Below are positions 27,253 through 28,006 of a stretch of 28,006 nt of DNA, one piece after another; the first letter of the stretch is position 1, and each line of letters starts with the position of its first letter. Under the pieces are notes generated by a model that saw only the letters and a program-made list of their open reading frames with translations, did no database searches and was not told the DNA's origin. The stretch covers positions 1 through 28,006 of IMG/VR virus record IMGVR_UViG_3300035663_000078; one strand, written 5' to 3'. Both the position numbers and the translations under genes were made by a program. Source of the stretch: a virus (Duplodnaviria > Caudoviricetes).

Positions 27253-28006
27253 ATGGCAGGATTCTTTCAGCAGGTACTACAAAGTGCGTCCGACGAATTG
27301 TTCGGGCGCAAATTTTTGAAAGACTATCAACACGCATCCAAGACATTTGTTACGGATGCGTATGCTTATTCACCAAAGTTTAAATGGTTATTCCATGTTT
27401 ACTTTGATATTAATGAACAGTTTATTAATACTTCAAACTTATTTCCAACGGATAAAAATTTTGGTTTAGCAGTAAAAAATATTGATTTACCAAAATATTC
27501 TTTTGATTTACATGATATGAACCAATACAATCGTCATCGTATGGTTCAAACTAAAATTAAGTACGATCCTGTTACTGTAACTTTTAATGATGACAATAAT
27601 AATTTGATTCGTAAGTTATGGTATGCCTATTATAGTTATAACATAAGTGATCCTAATAATATCGCCAATGATGCTGCTAACACAGCTAATCAATACAGTA
27701 ATAACTTAGGTACAGAACAATGGGGTTATAATGGTGCGGAGCTTAATCCAACACCATTAACAAGTTCATTATCAACAGGTAAAGTACCATTTTTTAGAAA
27801 CATTAACATTTACGGGTTTAATCAACATAATTTTGCACTATATCAATTAGTTAATCCTATCATTGATAGTTGGCAACATGATACTTATGATTATTATCAA
27901 ACTACAGGCATTATGGAAAACCGTATGTCTATACGTTATGAATATGTTAAGTATTATGATGGTGCGTTAAGTGGTACAGCACCAAGTGAATTTGTCAAAG
28001 GTTTTG
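27253..28006 (+). CDS. Second tail-tube-fold protein (tube initiator/baseplate-tube junction-like), 3'-truncated
   Basis: Open from ATG 27253 to the window end; PKFKWLFHVYF, VKNIDLPK, NQYNR..KIKYDPVTVTFNDD parallel the tube protein motifs. Confidence 0.7.
   Translation, partial: MAGFFQQVLQSASDELFGRKFLKDYQHASKTFVTDAYAYSPKFKWLFHVYFDINEQFINTSNLFPTDKNFGLAVKNIDLPKYSFDLHDMNQYNRHRMVQTKIKYDPVTVTFNDDNNNLIRKLWYAYYSYNISDPNNIANDAANTANQYSNNLGTEQWGYNGAELNPTPLTSSLSTGKVPFFRNINIYGFNQHNFALYQLVNPIIDSWQHDTYDYYQTTGIMENRMSIRYEYVKYYDGALSGTAPSEFVKGF

Noticed and set aside
1-28006. Alternative genetic code (stop-codon recoding)
   Set aside because: Genes tile densely under the standard code, with TAA, TAG (13208) and TGA (20801) all acting as stops
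1-28006. Dcm methylation/deamination as the cause of CCAG loss
   Set aside because: That would remove CCWGG preferentially, whereas CCWGG is essentially the only context retained

Overview
AT-rich segment of a large T4-like (contractile-tailed) phage genome: the virion-structure region. On the + strand: a 5'-truncated giant (>3380 aa) Asn/Gly/Thr-rich modular fibre gene, a fibre-associated cassette (118-aa protein, two paralogous polyglycine proteins, a 153-aa protein, two 2OG-Fe(II) oxygenases), and a 173-aa gene preceded by a structured leader. Then an inverted gp14-like/gp15-like/Nudix block, followed by an unknown 386-aa gene, a MazG-like NTP pyrophosphatase, an untracked Zn-ribbon ORF, gp13-like neck, dNMP kinase, an HNH-like gene (- strand), a 1208-aa tail sheath, tail tube and a truncated second tube-fold gene. 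T4-type late promoter boxes (NATAAATA-like) precede most structural units. The strongest unexplained signal is window-wide: CCAG/CTGG (and CCGG) is almost absent except where a Pro-Gly dipeptide forces it, pointing to selection against a short non-palindromic DNA motif. All counts were made by eye and all family calls come from motif recognition, not database searches.
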